Assembly: GCA_963748015.1 (NCBI GenBank)
Contig: CAVVHE010000006.1
Span: forward strand, 96,001-160,000
Reading direction: 5' to 3'
DNA length: 64,000 bases
Origin: Terriglobia bacterium
Lineage (GTDB): Bacteria > Acidobacteriota > Polarisedimenticolia > Polarisedimenticolales > JAIQFR01
Position numbers and translations under genes: made by a program
Shown: in pieces, positions 1-9,985 of the stretch
How positions within the stretch are numbered: position 1 is the first letter of the stretch
Layout of the letters: every line of letters starts with the position of its first letter
The notes under the pieces: model-generated
Database searches by the model: none
The model's input: the letters and a program-made list of their open reading frames with translations, nothing else
Told to the model about the DNA's origin: nothing

Positions 1-649
1 CCACGTGCGCCTCGTAGCGGTTGCGAATCTCCACCGAGCGGGCGTCCTCCTTCGTGTAGTAGTCGCGATCCGGCAGCCCGAGCCCGCCCGCGGTCGCCCA
101 GGCGATGACCTGCTCCGAGTTCCCGGGATCCTGCGCGGCGCCGAACCCGAAGACCGTCGGCGAATAGCCTCCGCCGATCCGCAGGTGGGCCCCGGCGACC
201 CACCGGGCGATGTCCTTCTTCGAGCGCAGCGCGGCGATGGCGTCGAGGTCGGGCTTCAGGGGGGCGGCGCCCTCCGCCTCCACGGCGGCTTCGTCCATGC
301 ACGCCGCGAAGTAGTCGCCGATCTTCTGCTGCTCCGCGGTGCGCCCTGCCGCGGGCTCCGCGGCCTTCTCCAGCATCCCCCAGAGGAACTGCTGGTTCTC
401 GTCGGTCACCTTCATGTACACGTTCCATCGCGCCTGGTCCGGCGGAATGGAGTTCTGCTTCATCCACCCTCCGCAGGAGAAGGCGTACAGGTCGGTGCAC
501 GGATCGACCGAGCGGTCCATGAAAGCCGGCTCGAGGCTCGGCGTGTAGGGAAGCTCGGCCAGGGGCCGCTTGGCCGGAGCGGGCTCCCCGGCGAGGGCGG
601 CGGTAAACGCGACCAGCAGGATCAGGGTGGACAAGGATCGGCTTCTCAT
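1..649 (-). CDS. M13 family zinc metallopeptidase (PepO/neprilysin-like), 5' part; runs off the window
   Basis: Manual translation from ATG 649: MRSRSLSTLILLVAFTAALAG...MDRSVDPCTDLYAFSCGGWMKQNSIPPDQARW. The VDPCxDxYxxxCGGW motif is typical of the M13 N-terminus; signal peptide present. Not in the ORF track because it is truncated. Confidence 0.85.
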   Translation of the reverse strand, partial: MRSRSLSTLILLVAFTAALAGEPAPAKRPLAELPYTPSLEPAFMDRSVDPCTDLYAFSCGGWMKQNSIPPDQARWNVYMKVTDENQQFLWGMLEKAAEPAAGRTAEQQKIGDYFAACMDEAAVEAEGAAPLKPDLDAIAALRSKKDIARWVAGAHLRIGGGYSPTVFGFGAAQDPGNSEQVIAWATAGGLGLPDRDYYTKEDARSVEIRNRYEAHV

Positions 650-806
650 GGCGAGGCTCTTCCTCCCGGCCGGGGTCTCGCCGGCCTCGGGGATGAATAC
701 GCAGGCGGAAGGCGGAGGATATCGCGGGGCGCCCGCCCTGTCAGCGACGGCCCAACCCTCTCGCGAACTCCAAGCGGAGTCGCCTCGCCTGCCGGGACCG
801 GCGGGG

Positions 807-1574
807 CTACTTGCCCGGCACCGCTCCGAGGGCGGCGCTCCGGGCCGCGGGATCGGTGCAATCGATACGCCGGTCGGGGGGCTGCTTGCCGTTTTCGAGA
901 CGGCAAGCGAGACGATCGCTGTACTCCTCGACGTGCGCCTTGAATTGCTCGAACGTCATCCGCTCGGGCTTCCCGCTCGCTTCCGCCTCCGCGGAGCGCA
1001 GGGACGCCATCGCGCCGAGCACCTCGCTGGTCTGGCTGGCCGCGACCTCGGCCTGACCGGCCATGTCGATGATGTCGACGTTCTTCATGACGTTCTGCAC
1101 GGCGCCCTTCACCTCGTGGACGACCGCCCCGACCGGGGTATAGGCGAGAACCCCGCGCTTCTTCTTCTTCAATTGCAGGTCGGTCATTGCCACCCGCAGG
1201 TAGAGCACGCTCTCGCCTGCCTTGTCGACCACCTTGTAGCCGCGGGCGTTGAGGCGCTCGACGATGGTGCCGCGCATGAACTCGGAAATCGCCTTCAGGT
1301 CGTCGGGCTTGGCGCTGCCGTAGGGCGAGGCGGCGCTGACGGAGATTTCCGGCTGGTCGACCATGACCGAATGGAACTTCGCGAATTTCTCCTCGGCCCC
1401 CGGCGCGACGTACACGAAATCCTGTCGGCCCTTGGAGGGCACCGGCTTCAGGAGACTGTAGTCGCTCAGGAACGTCTGCGACTTCCACCGGTCGTCCTGA
1501 TCCGGGATGGCCGTCATGGCGACGGACGCCACCAACAGCAGCGTGAGCGCAATTCCGATCGTGATGCGACGCAT
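807..1574 (-). CDS. DUF3313-like exported protein
   Basis: ATG 1574 after AAGGAG; signal peptide MRRITIGIALTLLLVASVAMTA; FLSDYSLLKP and ILAYTPVG-like segments resemble DUF3313. Confidence 0.65.
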   Translation of the reverse strand: MRRITIGIALTLLLVASVAMTAIPDQDDRWKSQTFLSDYSLLKPVPSKGRQDFVYVAPGAEEKFAKFHSVMVDQPEISVSAASPYGSAKPDDLKAISEFMRGTIVERLNARGYKVVDKAGESVLYLRVAMTDLQLKKKKRGVLAYTPVGAVVHEVKGAVQNVMKNVDIIDMAGQAEVAASQTSEVLGAMASLRSAEAEASGKPERMTFEQFKAHVEEYSDRLACRLENGKQPPDRRIDCTDPAARSAALGAVPGK

Positions 1575-1678
1575 GACAGTCTCCTTGCGCGGGACGGTTG
1601 AGGAGCGGGCCGGCGGCGTCACCGCTCGGCATCCGCGACGGGAGAGCGTGCCGCCGCGGCGCGTCCTGATTGGGTTTC

Positions 1679-2266
1679 CTACCGACCTCCCTGGTTCTCG
1701 AAAACGAACACCCGTTTCCAGTCGGTCTTCATGTCCACGAGGGTCCAGCCTTTGGCCTTCGCTTCGTCGAGACCCTTGTCCAGGCGCCCGATGCCGGAGG
1801 CGCGGTCGTAGGCCCACTCGCGCTCGGCATCCGTGTGGTGAACCTGGACCGAGAGGCGCGCGCCGCCCACGCTCGGGTCGTCCCGGTGCAGGCCGACCGG
1901 CGCCGCGGGCATGCCGACCTTGCTCGGGCCGGTGCGGAACACGGTCTGGCCGGTAATGAACGTGGAGCGCCCGGCCGTGCAGCTCTGCTCCGCGTAGTAG
2001 TCGGTGAAGGTCAGGCCTTCCTTGGCCAGGCGGTCGATGTTCGGCGTCCGGTAGCCCATCAGTCCCTTCGTGAAGGCGCTGATGTTGGCCTGCCCGATGT
2101 CGTCGCCGAAGATGACGAGGATGTTGGGCCTGGCCTGCCCCGAGCCGGTTGCGGGGTCGTCCGCAGCCCGCGCCGGCTTCGCCGAGATCAGGAAGCTGGC
2201 TGCGATAAGCGAGCCGACCACCACCGAGGCGCCGGCCCGGCGGAGTCCTCCTCTTTGCAGTCCCAT
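1679..2266 (-). pseudogene. Chimeric remnant: arylsulfatase N-terminus fused in frame to the C-terminus of a HAD-like hydrolase
   Basis: PNILVIFGDDIG...SCTAGRSTFITGQ (sulfatase start, resembles 24482-26041) switches at ~1870 to VHHTDAEREWAYDR...GWTLVDMKTDWKRVF (HAD-like C-terminus). Only 195 aa. Confidence 0.75.
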
Positions 2267-2745
2267 GGTGGTTTCTCCTCGTTGTCTTGTTCCGGGTTGC
2301 GTATTGGCTGGAGTGGTCCGGCGACGGGCGCCGTCGGCTCGACCGATGCGTGCACCCGCACTACCGGTCTGCCGCGATGCATGGGCGAGCTCATCGCTGC
2401 CACCTGCGGGCGAAGAGCGCATTCGCCCCACCCTAGACGTACGAAGCGTCCCTAGCTGGCAACCGAGGCTAAGTCTTTCGCCCGTGCGGGTCAATCCCTC
2501 GCGATGCTCCGACCAGGCGACTCGATCCCGATCGCGGCTCGCATCTTTCTATCGTCGTTAAAGAATTTGTGACCTGGGGCGCGGAGGGCCCTCGAGGGCG
2601 CGACGATCCGGGTCGGCGGGCGGCCGGACGCGCTTTCCTGCCTGCTTGTCGCGGGAGTAGACTGCGCGTTCAAGGACCGAGCCTGGGCACCGTGCGCACG
2701 AGCGTCCCGAGACGAAGAGTGATCGGGTCAAGCAGGGAGGGGCCA

Positions 2746-4014
2746 ATGAAGAGAACGGTCGGCATCGCGTGTCTGCTTCTACTCGCGTCATCGTCCCTTG
2801 CACTCGCCGGGGGCGTGATCCTCTACGAGGCGGGCACGCCGGAGGTGGGCCTGGCCTCCGCCGGCTGGGCGGCGAGGGCGGAGGATGCCGCGACGATCCT
2901 GACGAACCCCGCGGGGATGACGCGCCTCAAAAAGAACGACCTCATGCTCGGGATGCAGGCGCTGTACGCGGACATCGGGTTCACCCCCAATTCGCTGACG
3001 GACGTCCCTGGGGGAGGGGGCAACGGCGGCAATCCCGTCGGTTGGTTCCCCGGCGGGGGCATCTACTACGTGAACCCCACCTCCGACCGTCTCCGCCTGG
3101 GCGTTGCGGTCACCGGGAACTTCGGCCTGGGGCTCGACTACGACGACGACTGGGCGGGGCGCTACTACGTTCAGGACAGCACGCTCATCGGGCTGTCCGT
3201 CATGCCCGCCATCGCCTGGAAGGTGAACGACAAGTTCTCGATCGGGGCGGCCCTCAACGCGATGTACGGGGTGTTCGACACCAAGCTCGCCGTGAACAAC
3301 ATCGCCGAATCGCTGCCCGACGGCGGCATGAAGGCGGACGACACGACGTGGGGGTTCGGTGCCAACCTGGGGATGCTCTTCGAGCCGAACGCGAACACCC
3401 GCTTCGGCCTCACGTACACGTCGCCGGTCAAGCTCGACTTCGGTACGGTCCCGCAGTTCACCGACCTCGGGCCGGGGTTGGAGCTCGCGCTCGGCGAGGC
3501 GGGACTGTTGAGCGCCCAGCTCGATCTCGGGATGACGGTGCCCCAGACCGTCATGACGAGCTTCGACCACCGTCTCAACGACCGGTGGTCGCTCCTCGGC
3601 AACGTGGGCTGGCAGGACTGGTCCGAATTCGGCAAGGTGGACATTCAGGTGGGCACGGCCGAGGAAGGCCTCACCGTGGACGGGCACTGGAAGGACACCT
3701 GGCATGCGGCGCTCGGCGCGCAGGTGAAGACGGGGTCGCCGTGGTCGATCTCCTTCGGCGCGGCCTACGACAGCAGCTGCATCGACGACGTCAACCGGAC
3801 GCCCACGCTTCCGATCGGGGCGGGCTGGCGGTTCGGGGTCGGTGGGCGCCGCGCGATGAGCGAGAAGCTCGACCTCGCGATCGGCTACGAGCTGGCCTGG
3901 GGCGGGAACCTGCCCATGAGCCAGACGAGCCGGCCGCTCGCCGGCGATCTCGTCGGATCCTACGACAACACGGCGATGCACTTCCTCGCGGCGAGCCTGA
4001 GGTGGAGCCTCTGA
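2746..4014 (+). CDS. FadL/OmpP1/TodX family outer-membrane transport protein
   Basis: GGGAGG RBS; signal peptide; GLASAGWAARAEDAATILTNPAGMTRL is the FadL-family N-terminal hatch motif; barrel-type C-terminus. Confidence 0.9.
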   Translation: MKRTVGIACLLLLASSSLALAGGVILYEAGTPEVGLASAGWAARAEDAATILTNPAGMTRLKKNDLMLGMQALYADIGFTPNSLTDVPGGGGNGGNPVGWFPGGGIYYVNPTSDRLRLGVAVTGNFGLGLDYDDDWAGRYYVQDSTLIGLSVMPAIAWKVNDKFSIGAALNAMYGVFDTKLAVNNIAESLPDGGMKADDTTWGFGANLGMLFEPNANTRFGLTYTSPVKLDFGTVPQFTDLGPGLELALGEAGLLSAQLDLGMTVPQTVMTSFDHRLNDRWSLLGNVGWQDWSEFGKVDIQVGTAEEGLTVDGHWKDTWHAALGAQVKTGSPWSISFGAAYDSSCIDDVNRTPTLPIGAGWRFGVGGRRAMSEKLDLAIGYELAWGGNLPMSQTSRPLAGDLVGSYDNTAMHFLAASLRWSL

Positions 4015-4143
4015 GACCGGCGCGGCGAGCCGCCGAGCGGACCGGTAGGGAGGCCGAGCGCACCGCGGAGCGCGGGAGCCGGCCGGCCGCCGGCCGAGAT
4101 GCTGCCCGTCGATGCGTCGGCCTGGGCGACGAACCGGTACGTT

Positions 4144-5613
4144 TCAGCGCCGCGCTCCGTGGGCGGCTCCCGCGGCTTCGTGCGGCTGCTGAACGGAACC
4201 GTTGTAGACGACCTCGCACTCGGCGGTCGGCGCGACGCTCCGCTGGATGCTCTTGAAAATCCCGACGAGCGGGCCGGCGAGTCTCTGCAACGTGCTCATC
4301 GTGAGCAAGTGGGGGCTCGCGACAAGTCCGGAGAGTCGCTGGGTGAACCGGGAGCAGCCCCTGTCGTCGAGCACCGCCACGACCGCATCCTGGTACGTCT
4401 CCTGAAGCAGGTCGATGCTTCCAACGAACGCCACGCGGTTCTTCTTCGTCGCGAACGCGCAGTCCGCAGCCTCCGCGATGCCGTCCTTGATCTTCCAGGT
4501 CGCCACCAGCCGCTCGAGGGTCCCGTGACCCTCCTGGGACTGCTGGTAGACGCGCGCAAAATCGTAGCCCTTGGTTGCGACCGTGCCGAGGGGGCCGGCG
4601 ATGAAGAAGGCGCCAAGGTCGATGAGGCTGAAGCGGCGCGTCTTCTCGACCTTGGCGATGAGCTGATCCACGTCCATGTCGTACACCACGAGATCGTTGC
4701 CGTGCAGCGAAACTTCGCCGGTAAGGCTCTTCGTGAGCGTTGCCTCGTTCCGGCCGGCTGCCAGCAGATGTGCTGCGAGCGCTGCTTCGCCGCCTAGAAG
4801 CTTCTTCTTGCCCAATCCCTCGAGAAGACTCTCGACGCGGCATTGCGGGACCTTGACCGTGATCTCGTAACGGGGCTCCGATGGATTCATCTCCGCGATG
4901 ACGGTACCTGAGCCCTTTCCTCCGAAGAGTTCCATGGTCACGGCATCGAACACGAAGCGACCCTTCTCTGCCGTGATCGGAGAGCTGACGTCGGTCATGA
5001 CGAGAGCGTCCCTGTGCACCGTCTTGCATGCGACACTGCCCGCGAACGAGAGGGCACGCAGGATCCCGTTGCCGGCGGGCGAGATCGCGAAGTCGCGGAC
5101 GTCGGCCTCGATGCCCTCGACGTCCGCTCGATCGCCGGACTTTCGGTCGGCGTATGCGTAGGAGCCGCGACGGACGCTCAGGCGGGCGGCAAGAAGAACG
5201 GGGGTGTCCTGGCCTGCCCCGGCGGGCGTCTCGGGCGCGCGTTCGAAGTTGAATCGTCCTTCCGCGTCCTTGACCACCGTGGCGACGGGACCCACGAGCT
5301 CGCACGCGCCCACTCGAATCTTCTTCCGGAGGAGCGGGAAGAGACGGAGAGACGACAGCTTGACGGTTTCGACCTCGAGGATCGGGTCGCCCCGGATCCG
5401 GAACTGGAGGCCGTTGATGACGACGCCCGGGGGCAGCCACCGCGTGAGAGCGATCTTGCCCTTGATCGTCACCTCCATGCCGGTGGCGCGCGAGACCGCG
5501 GACTCAAGGTTGGATTTCCAGGAGTTGAGGTCGAACCACGCCGCGAATGCGATGGCAGCGAGCAGCAGAAGAATCGCGAGGCCGCCCCCGAGGAGCAGAG
5601 TCTTCCTCACCAT
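4144..5613 (-). CDS. AsmA family protein
   Basis: N-terminal TM, then DLNSWKSNLESAVSRATGMEVTIKG; LFGGKGSG, SLTGEVSL and WKIKDGIA segments follow the AsmA pattern. Start may be 5658. Confidence 0.8.
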   Translation of the reverse strand: MVRKTLLLGGGLAILLLLAAIAFAAWFDLNSWKSNLESAVSRATGMEVTIKGKIALTRWLPPGVVINGLQFRIRGDPILEVETVKLSSLRLFPLLRKKIRVGACELVGPVATVVKDAEGRFNFERAPETPAGAGQDTPVLLAARLSVRRGSYAYADRKSGDRADVEGIEADVRDFAISPAGNGILRALSFAGSVACKTVHRDALVMTDVSSPITAEKGRFVFDAVTMELFGGKGSGTVIAEMNPSEPRYEITVKVPQCRVESLLEGLGKKKLLGGEAALAAHLLAAGRNEATLTKSLTGEVSLHGNDLVVYDMDVDQLIAKVEKTRRFSLIDLGAFFIAGPLGTVATKGYDFARVYQQSQEGHGTLERLVATWKIKDGIAEAADCAFATKKNRVAFVGSIDLLQETYQDAVVAVLDDRGCSRFTQRLSGLVASPHLLTMSTLQRLAGPLVGIFKSIQRSVAPTAECEVVYNGSVQQPHEAAGAAHGARR

Positions 5614-5860
5614 GCTGCGCGGGGAGCCAACGCGATCGCGGCGTGGCATCAGCGTCATCTCGATCCGGTGCGTCCGGCGGCAACTCGTCCGTAGAAGGGG
5701 ATTGTATCCCGGCGCGTGAGCGGCTCCTCAAGGACCCGCACCCCCGACTGGCAAAGGTGAGCTAGCATGGCTGCAAAGGTCCGTCAGCGACCTGCTCGGC
5801 CGATGCCCATCCCCGCGACGCGGCCCTGGCTCAGGATTTCGGGGAAGAGGAGAGAAGGCC

Positions 5861-7402
5861 ATGAAAGCCCGTGCAGTGGGTCCGATCATCGCGCTATTGA
5901 CCATGTCCCTAGCCGGCCATGCCGCGGCACAGCAACCGCCCGTGCCGCCGGAGGAGCAGCCGGCCGGGACCGAAGTGCTGACCCGCGGCCCCGTGAACGA
6001 GGCCTTCGACGAGCCGGTCACCTTGCAGGCCCAGGCCGGCCTGGTGGCGCCAAGCCGGCCGCCGTCCAACATCGAGGAGGTCCCGTCGGCCGACAGGCCG
6101 CAGGGCGACCGCTACATCTGGGTCCCGGGCTACTGGAGCTGGGACGCCGACAGGAACGACTTCATCTGGGTGAGCGCATGCTGGCGCGTCGCTCCGCCGA
6201 ACATGTACTGGGTGCCCGGCTACTGGACGCCGGTGACCGGCGGCTGGGAGTGGGTCCCCGGCTTCTGGGCGCCTGCCGGTGTTCAGGCGATCGACTACCT
6301 GCCGGCCCCGCCTGCGACCGAGGACATCGCGGCGCCGGGTCCACCGCCGGCCCCGGACCGCGTGTGGGTGCCCGGGTGCTGGTACTGGTATCAGGGCCGG
6401 TATGTGCGGCGGCCGGGGTACTGGCTCCGGGAGCAGCCGGGCTGGGTCTGGGTGCCGTCCCACTACCACTGGAGCCCGCGGGGTTACGTCTTCGCCGAAG
6501 GGCACTGGGACTACTCGGTGGCGCAGCGCGGCGTGCTGTACGCTCCGGTCTACTTCCCGTCGTCCGTCTATGCCCGGGTGGGGTTCTCGTACTCGCCCAG
6601 CATCGTCATCGATATCGGGTTGCTTCTCGCCAACCTGTTCGCCTATCCGCGTTACAGCCACTATTACTTCGGCGACTACTACGACGACGCGTACCTGCGC
6701 GTCGGAATCTACCCACGGTTCGACTGCGAGCGCATGCACACGTGGTACGACCCGGGTTACCAATACGACCGGTGGCGCGGCGGCCGCAACGATCCCCGCT
6801 GGGAGGAGCGCCAGCGGCAGGACTATGATCATCGCCGCGCCGATCCGGTCCTCCGCCCGGCGCGGACCTACCACGAGCAGGAAACCCGCATGGCCAAGCT
6901 GCCCGAGCCGCAGCGGAGGAACATCGCGCTGGCCGGGCCGCTCAGGACCGTCGTGCAGAGGCAGGCAAGCCCGCCGAAGTTCGAGCAGATCAGCACCGAG
7001 CAGAGACGGATGATCGCGAAGAACGGATCCGAAGTGGGTAGATTCCGCGATGCGCGGGCCAAGTGGGAATCGCCCGGCGTGACGCCCGTGGCCACTCCTC
7101 CGGCCGGCGAACCCAAGGGCCAGGTGACTCAGCCCACGGGGAGGAAGGGACCCGCTCCGCCGCCCGTCGAGGCCCGGGGTCAGAAGGGCGTCCCGGAGCA
7201 CGCGGCCGCGGTCGCCGCCCCACGCGACGTGCATCTGACCCGGCCCGAGAGGGTGGCGATCCCGACACCGCCGATCGTCGGCAAGCCCGTCGTCGAGTCG
7301 GGCAAGGTCCAGAAAGCGCCGGCGCCGCCTTCCGCCGAACACAAGCGCCAGGCGGAGCCGTCGAAGGGTCAGGGGAAGGAAAAGGACAAGAAGAAGGAAT
7401 AG
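5861..7402 (+). CDS. Exported YXWGXW (WXXGXW)-repeat protein with Pro/Lys-rich tail
   Basis: Signal peptide; about 8 repeats such as YIWVPGYW, MYWVPGYW, WEWVPGFW, RVWVPGCW. Confidence 0.8.
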   Translation: MKARAVGPIIALLTMSLAGHAAAQQPPVPPEEQPAGTEVLTRGPVNEAFDEPVTLQAQAGLVAPSRPPSNIEEVPSADRPQGDRYIWVPGYWSWDADRNDFIWVSACWRVAPPNMYWVPGYWTPVTGGWEWVPGFWAPAGVQAIDYLPAPPATEDIAAPGPPPAPDRVWVPGCWYWYQGRYVRRPGYWLREQPGWVWVPSHYHWSPRGYVFAEGHWDYSVAQRGVLYAPVYFPSSVYARVGFSYSPSIVIDIGLLLANLFAYPRYSHYYFGDYYDDAYLRVGIYPRFDCERMHTWYDPGYQYDRWRGGRNDPRWEERQRQDYDHRRADPVLRPARTYHEQETRMAKLPEPQRRNIALAGPLRTVVQRQASPPKFEQISTEQRRMIAKNGSEVGRFRDARAKWESPGVTPVATPPAGEPKGQVTQPTGRKGPAPPPVEARGQKGVPEHAAAVAAPRDVHLTRPERVAIPTPPIVGKPVVESGKVQKAPAPPSAEHKRQAEPSKGQGKEKDKKKE

Positions 7403-7416
7403 TCCGGCGCAGTCCT

Positions 7417-8616
7417 CTAGGGGCGCAGGAATCGTGCGTAGAGGACGAGGCCCACGGCCCCCAGCGCGGCGGCGATCAGGAGCAACTCGACGGCGCGCAG
7501 GAACGCGTGGTCCACCACGCGGTTCAGTACAAGGCCGGCGTCGTCGATCGTCCGCTTCCGCATCTCCTCGACCTCCCGGACGAGCTCCGCCAGGTCGTCG
7601 CGTACCGCCTCGTTCAGCGGACCGCCCATGCGGTCCAGGAGCCGCTGGGCGATCGCCTCGACCTCCTGCAGCGTCGCGATCCTCTCCTGGTCGACCGCGG
7701 CGACGACCGCCCGCCGCTCCCCCTGGAGGTCCCGGGTCGCCGCGAGGCGTTCCGCGCGCAGGCCGTCGAGCGCCGCCGCGCGCTCGCGCGCGGCCAGGTC
7801 GGACACGCCCTCGGCCACCGTGGCCAGCCGATCGGCCGCCCGCGCCAAGCGATCGACATCGGCGATCAACGCGCCCGGATCGATGCCCCTCGCCAGGTCG
7901 TCCACCGCCAGCTCGGCCTCCCAGCGCGCGAGCCGCGGCAGGTACATGGTGTAGAGGTCCATCCGCGTCATCACGTCGGACGTCGTCTCGTCGAGGCTGC
8001 CGAGGGCCGCGAAAGCGCCCCCGCCTCCCGACGAGGCAAGGACGGCGGCGAACTCGGAGTCCATCGACGGCCGCCGGTACAGGGCCCCCTCGATGGGGTT
8101 GCGATCCGCCCACTGCCGGATCGCTGCCTCGAACGACCCGGCGGTGGCCTCGTCCTGGACACTACCCGCGAAACTGCGGAATCTCGCCCGGATCAGCGCC
8201 ATTGCCGCGGCGGCGTCCGGCGCGCTCTTCCCGTACCTCGCGACGATCTCGGGGCGCGCGAGGTAGCTCTCCACCTGGAAGGCGTAGCCCCACGCGTCCG
8301 CGAGCGCCAGCACGGGGTCGTTCCGGAGCAGCGCCGACAGGAGCGTGGTCGTCGTCTCGATCTTCCAGAGGACGGTGCCCCGGCGGATCACCGGATCCGT
8401 GGTCTCCCGGAGGCTTCGATCGGCGGCTTCCTCGACGGTCCCCAGCGTCGGCCGGATGAGGGCGCGCACGCGGATCCGGAGCTCCTCGGGCGACATCTTG
8501 AGCTTCTTGGCGCTCGACGCGACCGGGGTTCGGGACTTCCCGGCCCAGGCGGGATCGCAGCCCGCGAACACGAAAGCGGCGGTGAAGAGGGCCAGCAAGA
8601 CGGCGGCACGGCGCAT
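7417..8616 (-). CDS. Hypothetical lipoprotein, helical/coiled-coil, with C-terminal TM
   Basis: Lipobox FAGC after a hydrophobic stretch; C-terminal hydrophobic helix LLLIAAALGAVGLVLY. Confidence 0.7.
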   Translation of the reverse strand: MRRAAVLLALFTAAFVFAGCDPAWAGKSRTPVASSAKKLKMSPEELRIRVRALIRPTLGTVEEAADRSLRETTDPVIRRGTVLWKIETTTTLLSALLRNDPVLALADAWGYAFQVESYLARPEIVARYGKSAPDAAAAMALIRARFRSFAGSVQDEATAGSFEAAIRQWADRNPIEGALYRRPSMDSEFAAVLASSGGGGAFAALGSLDETTSDVMTRMDLYTMYLPRLARWEAELAVDDLARGIDPGALIADVDRLARAADRLATVAEGVSDLAARERAAALDGLRAERLAATRDLQGERRAVVAAVDQERIATLQEVEAIAQRLLDRMGGPLNEAVRDDLAELVREVEEMRKRTIDDAGLVLNRVVDHAFLRAVELLLIAAALGAVGLVLYARFLRP

Positions 8617-8835
8617 GGCGGTTCCCCCCGGGTCGCGGAGGCAGTGTACACTCGCTTCGCAGGCGGCCCGCCAACGGTTCGCGCTCGACTCTCATCGGGG
8701 AATCCCCGATCCGACTCGTCTCCTAACGAAGCACGGTCGCGATGGTTCCTTGGTGTATTCTCCACGGCGGTCCCTGGTTCGGCGAGCCACACCGCGCCCG
8801 AGGGTAGCTCCGGGCGGTGCCCGTGGAGGCGTTCG

Positions 8836-9930
8836 ATGACCGTCGGATCGGTTCGCGCCGCAGGAACGTTGATCCTGGCGCTCGGGGCGGTGGTCGCGTT
8901 CACCGGCTGCACCCACATCGGTCCCAAGACCATTCCCGTGGACCGCTTCGATTACAGCACGGCGGTCGCCGACTCGTGGAAGCAGCAGACGCTCCTGAAC
9001 ATCGTCAAGCTGCGCTACATGGACCTGCCGGTCTTCGTGGACGTGTCGTCCATCGTCAGCGGCTACTCGCTGCAGACCGGCGTGAACGTCGGCGGCACCG
9101 TCTCGTCCAAGGGCGCGTACCAGGGCGATTTCGTGACGGCGGGCGCGCAGGCGGTCTACACCGACCGGCCCACCATCACGTACACGCCGCTCACCGGCGA
9201 GAAGTTCCTGAAGGGCCTCCTGGCCCCGATCGATCCGAAGAACATCTTCTTCCTGCTGCAATCGGGCTATCCGGCGGATTTCATCCTGGCGCTGACCGTC
9301 GAGTCGCTCAACGGCGTTCGCAATCGTTCGAGCGGGGGCGGCGGCATCTTGCGCGAGGCGGACCCCGATTTCCTGCGCGCGCTGCAGCTGCTGCGCGAGC
9401 TGCAGGCCGCCGGCGCGGTCGGGATGCGCGTGGAGGAGGACAAGGCGAAGGGCTCGACCGGCGTGGTGTTCTTCCGGCGCGACGACGTGCCCGCCGACGT
9501 CGCGGAGAAGGCCGGGGAAGTCCGGCGGCTGCTCAGGCTCCCCCCCGAACAGCAGAGGTTCAACCTCGTCTACTCGCCGGCGCGCGGGGCGGAGAACGAG
9601 CTGGCCGTCAACAGCCGCTCGATGCTCCAGATCATGGGGGCGTTCTCGAGCTACATGGAGGTGCCGGAGGAGCACCTGAAGGACAACAGCGCCTTGCCCG
9701 TCCTGAAGGGCGACTCCACGGAGGCCCGGCAGGAAGTGGCGAGGATTCACAGCGGCAAGGACAAGCCCGAGGGCTCGTTCGCGGCCGTGAAGTATCGAGG
9801 CTACTGGTTCTGGATCGACGAGGGCGACTGGAAGACGAAGCGGGCGCTGACGGCGGTCATGTTCTTCTTCACGCTCGCGGAGACCGGCGGCAACGAGCGG
9901 CTGCCGTTGATCACGATCCCTGCGCAATGA
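8836..9930 (+). CDS. Conserved hypothetical lipoprotein (copy 1)
   Basis: GGAGG RBS, ATG 8836, lipobox FTGC; near-identical paralog at 18077-19204. Confidence 0.8.
   Translation: MTVGSVRAAGTLILALGAVVAFTGCTHIGPKTIPVDRFDYSTAVADSWKQQTLLNIVKLRYMDLPVFVDVSSIVSGYSLQTGVNVGGTVSSKGAYQGDFVTAGAQAVYTDRPTITYTPLTGEKFLKGLLAPIDPKNIFFLLQSGYPADFILALTVESLNGVRNRSSGGGGILREADPDFLRALQLLRELQAAGAVGMRVEEDKAKGSTGVVFFRRDDVPADVAEKAGEVRRLLRLPPEQQRFNLVYSPARGAENELAVNSRSMLQIMGAFSSYMEVPEEHLKDNSALPVLKGDSTEARQEVARIHSGKDKPEGSFAAVKYRGYWFWIDEGDWKTKRALTAVMFFFTLAETGGNERLPLITIPAQ
8897..9927 (+). repeat. ~1 kb direct repeat, copy 1 (copy 2 at ~18174-19201)
   Basis: Long identical tracts, e.g. cacatcggtccca(a/g)gaccattcccgtggaccgcttcga...gactcgtggaagcagcagacgctcctgaacatcgtcaag, in both places. 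Confidence 0.9.
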
Positions 9931-9985
9931 AGCTCCTCGAGATCTCGGGGAGGCAGGGTTGAAGCGTCGGACGAGGAGGACGGAA

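Noticed and set aside
4016..4100. Short gccgagcg(g/c)accg-like repeats after the FadL gene
   Set aside because: Too short and irregular for CRISPR or REP; expected at this GC content.
7063..8835. Apparent 955-aa ORF 7063-9930
   Set aside because: The 5' part is antisense to the 7417-8616 gene; the real start is 8836 (RBS plus lipobox).
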